A DNA stretch of 34,293 nucleotides, from IMG/VR virus record IMGVR_UViG_3300038336_000021; one strand, written 5' to 3'. The translations under genes were made by a program, and so were the position numbers. The notes beneath the pieces were generated by a model. The model was given only the letters and a program-made list of their open reading frames with translations. It ran no database searches and was not told where the DNA came from. This document shows, piece by piece, positions 15,238 to 22,576 of the stretch (within the stretch, counting starts at the first letter, position 1; the number at the start of each line of letters is the position of its first letter). The DNA is from a virus.

Positions 15238-15492
15238 CTACTTGCGCTTTTTATTCTGAAGCGTGACAGATAGCCAGACGGCGCGGATCAGCTTGACTGC
15301 TGCGAACACGACGAGGCCGCCAGCGATCGTGAGGATCAGCAGATCGTCGAACTTCATCACCAGGTAGATGGTCATCGCGATAGGCACGAGGATCTCCGCG
15401 AGGCGGTAGGCAGTCTTCACGCCGTTGAAGGCGTTGATCGCTGCAGGTGTTGTTGATAGGTTGTGAGCTTTGCTCTTGAGTTGGTCTTGCAT
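15238..15492 (-). CDS. Membrane protein (84 aa, two TM segments)
   Basis: First gene after promoter 15539-15567, with RBS AAGGAGACCAACCATG. Hydrophobic segments are ILVPIAMTIYLV and LILTIAGGLVVFAAV. Confidence 0.7.
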   Translation of the reverse strand: MQDQLKSKAHNLSTTPAAINAFNGVKTAYRLAEILVPIAMTIYLVMKFDDLLILTIAGGLVVFAAVKLIRAVWLSVTLQNKKRK

Positions 15493-15538
15493 GGTTGGTC
15501 TCCTTGCTTATTTTTTTGTGTTGTCGGTTGACTCTTTA

Positions 15539-15567
15539 ATACTAGCATACCGTTCGTGCTTTGTCAA
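15539..15567 (-). promoter_or_regulatory. Early promoter cassette P15a (TTGACA-17-TAGTAT)
   Basis: The minus strand reads TTGACAaagcacgaacggtatgcTAGTAT, containing the shared spacer element AAGCACGAACGGTAT. Confidence 0.75.
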
Positions 15568-15570
15568 TAG

Positions 15571-15599
15571 AAAAACTCCCTGCTGTAGTACAGGGAGTT
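15571..15599 (-). terminator. Rho-independent terminator
   Basis: On the minus strand: AACTCCCTG-tactacag-CAGGGAGTT followed by TTTCTATT (9-bp stem, five consecutive U including the stem end). Confidence 0.85.
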
Positions 15600-15690
15600 C
15601 GGTGGCTTTGGTCAAGTTACGCTGCCCACCCAGGGCTCTTCGCTTGATGTAGTGATCGGCAGCGGGCGAACCGTTCTCAGCTGATCACTT
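15571..15690 (-). ncRNA. Candidate ~118-nt non-coding RNA (own promoter and terminator, no start codon)
   Basis: It runs from about 7 nt after the -10 box (15700-15695) to the terminator U-run. The segment contains no ATG, and the only GTG frames are 3-6 codons. It has interleaved helices: GTGATC/GATCAC (15688-15683 with 15657-15652) and CGCTGCC/GGCAGCG (15664-15658 with 15626-15620). Confidence 0.45.
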
Positions 15691-15694
15691 CTAT

Positions 15695-15723
15695 ATATTA
15701 GCACGAACTGTATGAAATGTCAA
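15695..15723 (-). promoter_or_regulatory. Promoter P15b (TTGACA-17-TAATAT) driving the candidate sRNA
   Basis: The minus strand reads TTGACAtttcatacagttcgtgcTAATAT. The spacer carries the shared GCACGAAC element in inverted orientation. The TGA stop of the upstream gene lies inside TTGACA. Confidence 0.7.
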
Positions 15724-15944
15724 GCCTTTTCGACCAGGATCCGTGTCTGACAGGGGTCAGATGGTACAACTACCAGGACCGCGATGCCATTCAGGATGTA
15801 GCCATACCCGCTGAGCGATGCCAGGAAGCGCCTCATCTGACGGTGTTCTCGCCAGTTCGGACAGCCGCCTGGCTTGATGTCCATATACTTCCGCGTCTTC
15901 GGCAGCACTATGGCCGACCGACAGTTCGGGTGTCGAGGTCCCAT
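15720..15944 (-). CDS. Small 74-aa protein, tentatively VRR-NUC / PD-(D/E)XK-like
   Basis: TGATG overlap with the RusA-like stop and phage-typical codon usage. KYMDIKPGGCPNWREHRQMRRFLASLSGYGY loosely follows the VRR-NUC pattern (vEvK..gg.ls..Q..f...L...G), from recall only. Confidence 0.45.
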   Translation of the reverse strand: MGPRHPNCRSAIVLPKTRKYMDIKPGGCPNWREHRQMRRFLASLSGYGYILNGIAVLVVVPSDPCQTRILVEKA

Positions 15945-16453
15945 CAGAAGGGCCCATCCTCTTCGACTGGCGCGGCCTTCTTCTTGGTCCGCTTCGGTGC
16001 TTCCTGGATCGTGATGTCATCTCGCCTGGTGATCGTGATCTCCATGCGAGGGTTGTCTGGATCCACGAAGACTCGGCTGCCGTCATGACTGGCCACGATC
16101 TTGAAGTTGTCGTCGGCCAGGATGTTCTTCTTCACGAGCTCGTCCTGGATGCCTTCATACAAGGCGCTCAGATCCACGACGCCATAGGTCCGAACGTAGA
16201 AGTGGCACTGCAGGTTGATCGGGTAGTCGATCGGCGTGGCGGGGTTCATGTGCTTGTCGATCTGCTTGTGAGCTTCCTTCGCCCATTCCTGGTAGTTGAG
16301 CGTCGGGATGCGGACCAGCTTCTTGCCGCGGCGGACGAGCTTCATGTTGCTCTTCTTCACATAGGGGTGGCCATAGATGACGTAGACGATGGCCTGCTTG
16401 ATCGCTCCGATCGGGATCGGTGTCGTCTTTGCAGACTTCATGGCGCGGTCCAC
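15944..16453 (-). CDS. rusA: RusA-type Holliday junction resolvase
   Basis: DLSALYEGIQDELVKKNILADDNFKIVASHDGSRV matches the RusA hallmark D.dN..K...D.l.......DD..i. I place the start at GTG 16453 (GGAG 5 nt upstream, TAGTG overlap). ATG 16441 is the alternative; the track start 16519 is unlikely. Confidence 0.7.
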   Translation of the reverse strand: MDRAMKSAKTTPIPIGAIKQAIVYVIYGHPYVKKSNMKLVRRGKKLVRIPTLNYQEWAKEAHKQIDKHMNPATPIDYPINLQCHFYVRTYGVVDLSALYEGIQDELVKKNILADDNFKIVASHDGSRVFVDPDNPRMEITITRRDDITIQEAPKRTKKKAAPVEEDGPF

Positions 16454-16911
16454 TACAGCTCCTTCTTCGTACAGACGGACCAGTCGGCGTTGCACTCGAT
16501 GTCTGGTGGAGGCGTGCATCCCTTCGGACCAGCCATCTCATAGAAGGGACACTGGCCAACCGTGTCGACGTATGACTCAGGATCGCCAGGCGTCACAGGA
16601 TCCTGGGTGAAGGGGATGTGGGCGCCTTGCTGCGGCTGCGGTGCCGCCGTGTCAGCAGGCGCGGTGGGAGTGCTGACAGGACCGACGGCTGGAACTTGCT
16701 CGCTCGCTTCATTTTCAACGGCTTGCTGGGCTTCTGGCGCTGGAGTCGGTTCAACGGTCGACTGCTCCTGCGAGGCTGTCTCAGCGGCTCTCACGGCTTC
16801 AACGCCGCGGGCTGCTTCACTCGCTCCGACGATCATCGCTGCGATGAAGACTGCAGTGGCGATCCCGAACAGGATGTAGCTGATCAGCAGAGGACGTGCT
16901 GGATGTGTCAT
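16453..16911 (-). CDS. Membrane-anchored protein with Cys-containing C-terminal domain (152 aa)
   Basis: ATGA overlap with the upstream gene. It has a TM segment LLISYILFGIATAVFIAAMIVGA, a Pro/Ala/Glu linker, and the C-terminus GQCPFYEMAGPKGCTPPPDIECNADWSVC. Confidence 0.65.
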   Translation of the reverse strand: MTHPARPLLISYILFGIATAVFIAAMIVGASEAARGVEAVRAAETASQEQSTVEPTPAPEAQQAVENEASEQVPAVGPVSTPTAPADTAAPQPQQGAHIPFTQDPVTPGDPESYVDTVGQCPFYEMAGPKGCTPPPDIECNADWSVCTKKEL

Positions 16912-17441
16912 AGTGGCAGCTCCGACTGGTTACGCTTCAGCTTGCGGCCGATACGGCCAGAGAGAACGATCACTCGGTTCGCGTCATCCACTTCGACTGA
17001 CTGGACTCGGTAGTCTGCAGCGTAGCGGACGAGCAGGCCACTGAGGATCTCGCGTCGAGACTTCAGCTCCAGCTTCTCCTGGTGAACCTTTTCGCGTTGG
17101 TTGTTGAGCTTGCCGTTGCCGAGCGTTGCCACTCGCAGCTTCTCCTTCGCAGTGGCGAACGCCTTCTCGGCTTCGTCATAGGCCTTCCATTCTGCCATCG
17201 ACTCGAGCTCGTCCTGAGCGATCTCTTCAGCGACGCGGACCTTGCCCTTCTGCTCGGCCATCTTCCAATCGGCATCGTTGATCATATCGAGCATCTCATG
17301 CTTGCTGACGATGCTGGTCTGGATCTTATCGCCAGCTTCAGTGTGGATCCCAGTGTGGTCGATGATTATGCCGACCGCTGCCTGCCCCGCAGGTGACAGC
17401 TTCTTGATGTCCTTGGCCAGCTTTTCTACTTTTTCGCTCAT
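16908..17441 (-). CDS. Hypothetical coiled-coil protein (177 aa)
   Basis: ORF with RBS TAGGAGGGaatATG. No family recognised. Confidence 0.65.
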   Translation of the reverse strand: MSEKVEKLAKDIKKLSPAGQAAVGIIIDHTGIHTEAGDKIQTSIVSKHEMLDMINDADWKMAEQKGKVRVAEEIAQDELESMAEWKAYDEAEKAFATAKEKLRVATLGNGKLNNQREKVHQEKLELKSRREILSGLLVRYAADYRVQSVEVDDANRVIVLSGRIGRKLKRNQSELPL

Positions 17442-17449
17442 ATTCCCTC

Positions 17450-18058
17450 CTAGTGGGAGCCGCGATCGGCGCGGCTTGGTTGATGTTTTTGTGGTACTGC
17501 TGCAGGCATATCGAACATCGTCGCCTGTTCGGCGCGAGCTGTCAACTCGGTCGGGGTGGCGATCTCATAGTCGATGAAGTCTACGATCGGGAAGTTCTGC
17601 GGCGCCATCTTCATGACGTCTCGGAACGATACCTTCTCAGGTGAGTGATCGGTGACACGGTTGTCGAACGTGCGAACCTTCTGCGGGATGCTGATGTCCC
17701 CCTTGAGGAACGAAGCACCTCGGCGAGTGATGAGCCAGTGGCCAGCGATGTGCTTGCCCTTCTCGTCTCTCACCTTGGCCACGAGGCCGTGGAAGCGCAG
17801 GATCGTCACATTCGAGCGCTGCGAGTACTTGAGCTCGAACTGAGTGCCCTCGGTGTCTTTATCCAGGTGGATGTCGTTCTCACCCTTGAGCACGATGGCT
17901 CCATAGATATTCTGCAGGATCTTGATCAGGTTCGCGTTGAGTGTGAACCAGTAGGCCCGAGCATCTCGGAAGCACGACGGACAATGGCCGTGCTCCTCGA
18001 TGTGGTCCATGACTTCAGGACTGATCTGTCCCTTCTCGCTTGGCTCTGAGTGTTTCAT
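17450..18058 (-). CDS. Hypothetical protein, possible Zn-ribbon + winged-helix DNA-binding protein (202 aa)
   Basis: ATG 18058 is preceded by GGGGAGG 9 nt upstream. HGHCPSCF is followed by NVTILRFHGLVAKV...GHWLITRRGASFLKG, which looks like a winged-helix (recall only). Confidence 0.6.
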   Translation of the reverse strand: MKHSEPSEKGQISPEVMDHIEEHGHCPSCFRDARAYWFTLNANLIKILQNIYGAIVLKGENDIHLDKDTEGTQFELKYSQRSNVTILRFHGLVAKVRDEKGKHIAGHWLITRRGASFLKGDISIPQKVRTFDNRVTDHSPEKVSFRDVMKMAPQNFPIVDFIDYEIATPTELTARAEQATMFDMPAAVPQKHQPSRADRGSH

Positions 18059-18396
18059 CACGCTTGGCCTCCCCTTCGAGTTGGTTGATCGCCTTGTCCA
18101 GCTGATCGACTTTTTCGTCGGTCATCGGCTTGGTCCGCCTGATCCTCAGAGGGACCTTCGGCATCTCGAACCTGAGCTTCTTCTTGATCGCCGTCGGCCG
18201 TCTTGCGACGACGGCTGACTCGGCCGCCTTTTGCACCCGCGGATCGAGCACGCTCAGGATCTGCATCGAAGCCGTTCGCAGCGTGCTTGCCGCCTGTCGG
18301 TTGCTTGACTTTTGATCTGAGCTTCTTGAAGTAGTCTGGATCTTTTGCTTTGAGTTTTGCGGCTGCTTTGAGTCCACCTTCACGAGTACCTCCCAT
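18058..18396 (-). CDS. KGG-repeat (stress-protein-like) small protein; 3-prime extent uncertain
   Basis: ATG 18396 is preceded by GGGAGGG 8 nt upstream. MGGTREGGLKAAAKLKAKDPDYFKKL...GGKHAANGFDADPERARSAGAKGGRVSRRRK fits the KGG-motif family. After about 18200 the codon usage of this frame degrades and the +1 frame looks coding (see findings). Confidence 0.6.
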   Translation of the reverse strand: MGGTREGGLKAAAKLKAKDPDYFKKLRSKVKQPTGGKHAANGFDADPERARSAGAKGGRVSRRRKTADGDQEEAQVRDAEGPSEDQADQADDRRKSRSAGQGDQPTRRGGQA

Positions 18397-18397
18397 T

Positions 18398-18697
18398 CTA
18401 GTTGCCCTCCCTTTTTGGTAGTGGGAACAATAGCTTCCCATCTACCCATTCTTCGTTCATCATACCGTGCCACTCGATCCGAACTCGGAACGCGTGCGGC
18501 TTTGTACGGTCGACGGCCAGGACTTCCACCATCGCCTTCTCCCCGAACATGTTGATCAGGTACGCGGTGTCGCCCTTTTTTATTATCTCACGCCAGGCGT
18601 TGAGTCGCCTATTCAGGCCGCGCCATACAGCGACGGCCAGGATCCAGCAGAAGATCACGAAGATGATCACTGCAGCGATGGCGTAGTTGTCGTCCAC
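18398..18697 (-). CDS. Membrane-anchored hypothetical protein (99 aa)
   Basis: GTG start 18697 with a TAGTG overlap and GAGGAG 6 nt upstream. N-terminal TM segment AIAAVIIFVIFCWILAVAVW. Confidence 0.65.
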   Translation of the reverse strand: MDDNYAIAAVIIFVIFCWILAVAVWRGLNRRLNAWREIIKKGDTAYLINMFGEKAMVEVLAVDRTKPHAFRVRIEWHGMMNEEWVDGKLLFPLPKREGN

Positions 18698-19524
18698 TAG
18701 AAGCTCCTCTCTTGAGTGACGGTGACTCCAGGGATGGTGACACCTGCTTCGATAGCTGATCGGATCATGGTCATGTTCGGCTCACAGTACTCACGAGGGA
18801 CCAGTGCTGGCTCCGTGACTGTGATCACCTGTCGAGTGCGGACGCCTGTCTTCGGCGCAGCGACTGCCTTCTTCGTCTCAGACTGGACGGCTGCGGCAGC
18901 TTCGATCTCTTTGGCTTTGCGGATCGCCTTGTCGCGTGCAGCCTGGGCCTCGTCGACCTGGGCCTTGCTGAGGATGCTGCGCGTCTCGAGCAGTTCGTTG
19001 ATCGACTGAGTGAAGGCGAGCTTCAAGCGTGGGATCTCCTGATCGGTCTCAGGCAGGTCGCCATAGAAGGCTTTGAGCTCTTTGCCGCGCTCGTCGATGA
19101 TGGTGATCTTCTTGCTCATCACTGCCTCACGGACGGTGAACTTGCTGATGATCTCGCTGACTCGAGCTTCTTCCTGTCGGGCGAGCTCAGCCTTGTGCTC
19201 TTCATAGGCCATGATCTTCTTGCCGAGATCGGTCTTCGCTTCTTCAGCTGCAGCCAGGACGCGACGTTCGCCGTCGATGAACTGAGCCTTCACGTTGTCG
19301 AGCGGCCGAGTGATCTCCAGGCGTAGCTTGCCAGTAGATGTCAGGTGAGTGGTGATCTCCTTGCGGAGCTTGACTGCTTCAGCCAGGGCAGCGTCGTCAT
19401 CGACGTTGGTGCTGTCGGCCTTCGCTTTGAGCTCGATCGACTTCTGCTCGAGCGGACTGATCTGCTCGAGTTCGGTGTCGACGAACTGCTGCAGCAGCGC
19501 GTTGTCATTCTTTTCGGTTGGCAT
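18697..19524 (-). CDS. Coiled-coil protein of the recombination block (DUF1351/Gp157-like, tentative)
   Basis: First gene after promoter P19, with RBS AAGGAGACCAACCctATG. 275 aa with long charged helices. The family assignment rests on recall and synteny next to the SSAP/exonuclease pair. Confidence 0.5.
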   Translation of the reverse strand: MPTEKNDNALLQQFVDTELEQISPLEQKSIELKAKADSTNVDDDAALAEAVKLRKEITTHLTSTGKLRLEITRPLDNVKAQFIDGERRVLAAAEEAKTDLGKKIMAYEEHKAELARQEEARVSEIISKFTVREAVMSKKITIIDERGKELKAFYGDLPETDQEIPRLKLAFTQSINELLETRSILSKAQVDEAQAARDKAIRKAKEIEAAAAVQSETKKAVAAPKTGVRTRQVITVTEPALVPREYCEPNMTMIRSAIEAGVTIPGVTVTQERSF

Positions 19525-19556
19525 AGGGTTGGTCTCCTTTTTATGGTTGTGCTTTT

Positions 19557-19585
19557 ATATTATACCGTCGGTGCTTATGTGTCAA
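19557..19585 (-). promoter_or_regulatory. Early promoter cassette P19 (TTGACA-17-TAATAT)
   Basis: The minus strand reads TTGACAcataagcaccgacggtaTAATAT. The exonuclease TGA stop (19582-19584) is embedded in TTGACA. Confidence 0.75.
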
Positions 19586-20274
19586 GCAGGTTGGCTCAGT
19601 TCGGCCACGATCCTGTTGATCTGCATGAGGGCCTCGAACTGCATGTTCGTGTTGTCCTCGATGCGGTCGACTATGTCGGCACGGTTGATCTCGATGATAT
19701 AGGTGACGAGGTGATCGACTACGATGCGATCGTCGTGGAAGATGAAGTACATCTTCTCGAGCTTCTCGTTGACCACGAAGTACTGGATCACCTGGTCGCG
19801 GAAGTAGTGCTTCTCCTCGTTCGGTACGCTGTCGATCGGGTTGTAGTCAGGCTGCTTCCTGGCGAGGCGGTCCTCATAGATGAAGCGCAAGTGGTTCCCA
19901 GAGCTGAGGCTTTTCACCTCGGCACCATAGGTCGGCAGCGCATCACCTTCGACGATCTCGGCGCCGTCAGGTGAGACTCCCATGTCATCGTCCAGGTCGC
20001 TGATCCACATGCCAGGATCGGTGTCGAACTCGAGGCCGAGTATCTGGCCCGCTGCAGCAAGTGCTTCAGGCTCTACTCGGTGGCCTCGGTCCATCGGGTT
20101 CTCACCGTCAGGAGCGATCGACATCTTCTCGGCGATGATGTCCCAGAACGTCTGATACCGCTTGTCACTGTTGCGCGACTGGCGGCGGACGCCTTTGACT
20201 TTGGATCCCATGACCTTGCCGCGACGAGCATCGAGCCACTCCTGGCTCTGCTGTTCGGTTCGGTAGATCTTCAT
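19582..20274 (-). CDS. YqaJ/lambda-Exo-type recombination exonuclease (PD-(D/E)XK)
   Basis: EQQSQEWLDARRGKVMGSKV (the Q.S.eWl..R.G..t.S motif), RGHRVEPEA, and GVSPDGAEIV...YGAEVKSL. Confidence 0.8.
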   Translation of the reverse strand: MKIYRTEQQSQEWLDARRGKVMGSKVKGVRRQSRNSDKRYQTFWDIIAEKMSIAPDGENPMDRGHRVEPEALAAAGQILGLEFDTDPGMWISDLDDDMGVSPDGAEIVEGDALPTYGAEVKSLSSGNHLRFIYEDRLARKQPDYNPIDSVPNEEKHYFRDQVIQYFVVNEKLEKMYFIFHDDRIVVDHLVTYIIEINRADIVDRIEDNTNMQFEALMQINRIVAELSQPA

Positions 20275-21126
20275 CTACTTGTCCAGCTCTGCAGCCTCAG
20301 CCGCCTTGCTTTGAGCGGCGTCGATCTTGGCCTTCGCTGCTTCTTTTGCTGCAGTGTGGTCGACTCCGAAGTAGTCCTCAGCCTTCGCCTGGCCGTCTTT
20401 GATGGCCTTGTACACGGCGCGGAGATCGACGAGATCTTCCTTCGTCATGACAGTCACCTGCTTGTCGAAGTACTTCTCGAGCTGCTCCTTCGTGACCTTG
20501 ATGTCCTTGAACGCCTTGAGGACTTCCTTCAGGATCTCCTCTACTGGGCGCTGATCGGCCGATGCGACAGTGGTCTTGCACTCTTCGACGGCCATGTCCA
20601 CGACGTCACCTGGGATGATCGCAAGTATACAGGCTCGCATCCTTCGGGCTCCGAAGTTAGCAGTCGCCTCGTATATGTCGCGGCCATCGGTCAGCGCTTT
20701 GCTGCCTTGCTTCGTGTCGCGCTTGTGCTCGACGGTGAAGATCTTCGTGACGCGTGTGTTCGTCTCAAGGTCCCAGGCATAAGCCATCATAGTGCTGGCG
20801 CCGTGGGTGTTCTCGAGCTCGATGATCCCTGTGTCCATGTTGCCCCAGTTCTGGGCGAGTGCTTCAGCCAGTCGGATCGACGGACCTGACACGCTCTGAC
20901 CACCCTTCGGGTAGCGGTAGACAGCCTGGGCTGCAAGTGTCGGACGTTGGCAGGTTGCCTTGATCCGTTCGATAGCACGGAACTCATCACGAGGGAAGCG
21001 CTTCGCAGCGATCATCGCAGCCTGGACCTCCTGAGCCTGGCGGGACACCATCATCTCAGCCTGTGGGCTGGACGGCATCTGCTCCTGATCTCGGGCGATC
21101 ATTATGTTGTTATTGTCTTGTGCCAT
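20275..21126 (-). CDS. Probable single-strand annealing protein (RecT/Redbeta-superfamily-like)
   Basis: 283-aa ORF immediately upstream of the exonuclease and abutting it (TAG then ATG). The conserved-looking core is VYRYPKGGQSVSGPSIRLAEALAQNWGN...AYAWDLETN...RDIYE...ARRMRACILAIIPGDV. The function is inferred mainly from synteny. Confidence 0.55.
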   Translation of the reverse strand: MAQDNNNIMIARDQEQMPSSPQAEMMVSRQAQEVQAAMIAAKRFPRDEFRAIERIKATCQRPTLAAQAVYRYPKGGQSVSGPSIRLAEALAQNWGNMDTGIIELENTHGASTMMAYAWDLETNTRVTKIFTVEHKRDTKQGSKALTDGRDIYEATANFGARRMRACILAIIPGDVVDMAVEECKTTVASADQRPVEEILKEVLKAFKDIKVTKEQLEKYFDKQVTVMTKEDLVDLRAVYKAIKDGQAKAEDYFGVDHTAAKEAAKAKIDAAQSKAAEAAELDK

Positions 21127-21157
21127 GGTTGGTCTCCTTGGTTATGTTGTGACCTCA

Positions 21158-21186
21158 GTATATACCGTTCGTGCTTGATGTGTCAA
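21158..21186 (-). promoter_or_regulatory. Early promoter cassette P21 (TTGACA-17-ATATAC / 16-TATATA)
   Basis: The minus strand reads TTGACAcatcaagcacgaacggtATATAC, followed by the leader ...acaacataaccaaGGAGACCAACCATG. Confidence 0.75.
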
Positions 21187-21187
21187 G

Positions 21188-21685
21188 CTACTTCTCGAGC
21201 AGGGAGATCTGAGAGCTCTCTCGCTTCGTGGACTTGATGATGTCGGTGCCTGTCTTGTTCGTCTGAGAGAACTCGAACTGGCCCGCCTTGTCCTTGATGA
21301 CTTCGTACTCGTGGCCGCGCTTCAGGTGCTTCTCCATCGTGCCAGGGGCGCTGAGGTATCGGAAGAGCTCACAGTCTTCACCCTTCTCACAGTCGCTGAC
21401 GTGGTAGACGTTGACCACTCCCTTCTTGTCGCAGTCGACCCAGTGATAGAAGTCGAAGTTGTCGGCCTTCTTTTCGGGTTCCGCAGGGAACAGAGTCGGG
21501 TGCTCTTTGGCCACCTGAGATGCTGCGACCTGCTGCTTGATCTCATCAGGGAGTGAGTTGTACCAGTCCATGATCGGAGCGATCGCGTTCGTCATAGCGG
21601 TGATGATGTCGGCTGCAGCTCGGGTGAGTGCAGCACCTGCTTCGATCAGCGCCTGGCGTTGTTCGGGTGTCAGACCGTCCTTCAT
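21188..21685 (-). CDS. Hypothetical protein (165 aa)
   Basis: I place the start at ATG 21685 (1 nt after the upstream TAG, GGAAGG upstream) rather than the track start 21748. It contains WVDCDKKGVVNVYHVSDCEKGEDCELF. Confidence 0.6.
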   Translation of the reverse strand: MKDGLTPEQRQALIEAGAALTRAAADIITAMTNAIAPIMDWYNSLPDEIKQQVAASQVAKEHPTLFPAEPEKKADNFDFYHWVDCDKKGVVNVYHVSDCEKGEDCELFRYLSAPGTMEKHLKRGHEYEVIKDKAGQFEFSQTNKTGTDIIKSTKRESSQISLLEK

Positions 21686-21686
21686 A

Positions 21687-22280
21687 CTAGCTCGCCTTCC
21701 ATTCATCATAAGCTGCTTGTACTTCCTGGAAGTCGTAGTTCGAGCCACCAGCGTCTGGGTGGGCGGTTGCCTGGGCCCGACGGTAGGCTTGCTTCACAGT
21801 CGGAGCGTCGGCATCTTGAGTCGTGCCGAGCACGATCCACCACGGACGCTTCTCACGATCTGCAGGTGGAGGAGTGACGATCGACGACGGCAGGGCCTTG
21901 AAGCCCTTGAACGCTGCAGCCACCATCTCCTTCGCTCCCCATCGTTCGAGGCCGCGGAGTGCTTCGACAGTCAGACGGATCGCCTGGAGGTTGTCCTGCA
22001 CCTGGGTCCACTTGTCACATGGGATGCACTGGGGCTCGCCATTGAGGTTGAAGTAGACAGCCACTCCACGATCGTCGGGGATCCTCTGCTTCGCGTACAT
22101 GAGGCCGTCCTGGCGGATCATCATGTTGCTGCTGATCACCACGTCAGAAGCTCCGAGGAGTTCGAGCTCTCGGAGTAGTTGATCGCGGGCATAGCTGAAG
22201 GGTGTCTTGAACTTCGCAGGCACTGGGTACTGAGTGCGCGGCCAGGCTGCGGGCCATTGTAGTGGGTATGCTTCGATCAT
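21687..22280 (-). CDS. J-domain (DnaJ-like) protein with phage-specific N-terminal domain
   Basis: The C-terminus WWIVLGTTQDADAPTVKQAYRRAQATAHPDAGGSNYDFQEVQAAYDEW carries the HPD tripeptide in J-domain context. Start is ATG 22280 (ATGA overlap). Confidence 0.75.
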   Translation of the reverse strand: MIEAYPLQWPAAWPRTQYPVPAKFKTPFSYARDQLLRELELLGASDVVISSNMMIRQDGLMYAKQRIPDDRGVAVYFNLNGEPQCIPCDKWTQVQDNLQAIRLTVEALRGLERWGAKEMVAAAFKGFKALPSSIVTPPPADREKRPWWIVLGTTQDADAPTVKQAYRRAQATAHPDAGGSNYDFQEVQAAYDEWKAS

Positions 22281-22576
22281 GACTTCTCCTTCTTCTCTGG
22301 CCACATGTCAGACTTGCGCTCGCCCTTCGGGTCCGCTTGTTTCTCTTCAGCATCTAGGATCGCCTTTGTGAGATCCATCACATCGAGCTCATAGGTCTTG
22401 TCTCCGATCGTGACGTATATGTTCGGTCGGCCGCCTTCAGCCTGGATCATCTCGATCTTGCGACCATCAGGTGCTGTCCCTTTGCCGATCTCACGGTGCA
22501 ACAGGAACGGCTTGCGATCCCACTGCTTCAGGATGATCATGGTCGGGAGCTCGGCGTAGGTGCGAGACTCCGTCAT
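22277..22576 (-). CDS. Hypothetical protein (99 aa)
   Basis: ATG 22576 in a TGATG overlap, with GAGGA 7 nt upstream. Confidence 0.6.
   Translation of the reverse strand: MTESRTYAELPTMIILKQWDRKPFLLHREIGKGTAPDGRKIEMIQAEGGRPNIYVTIGDKTYELDVMDLTKAILDAEEKQADPKGERKSDMWPEKKEKS

Noticed and set aside
15600-15690. tRNA or tRNA fragment in the candidate sRNA region (GGTTCGCCC resembles a T-loop)
   Set aside because: No acceptor stem, D-arm or anticodon arm can be drawn, and the T-loop-like string lacks a flanking 5-bp stem. The length and layout do not fit a cloverleaf.
15717-16088. 123-aa plus-strand ORF and 109-aa minus-strand ORF (15757-16086) overlapping the RusA-like and 74-aa genes
   Set aside because: They overlap genes with recognisable motifs and coupling signals, lack RBS, and have Arg/Ser/Pro-rich products.
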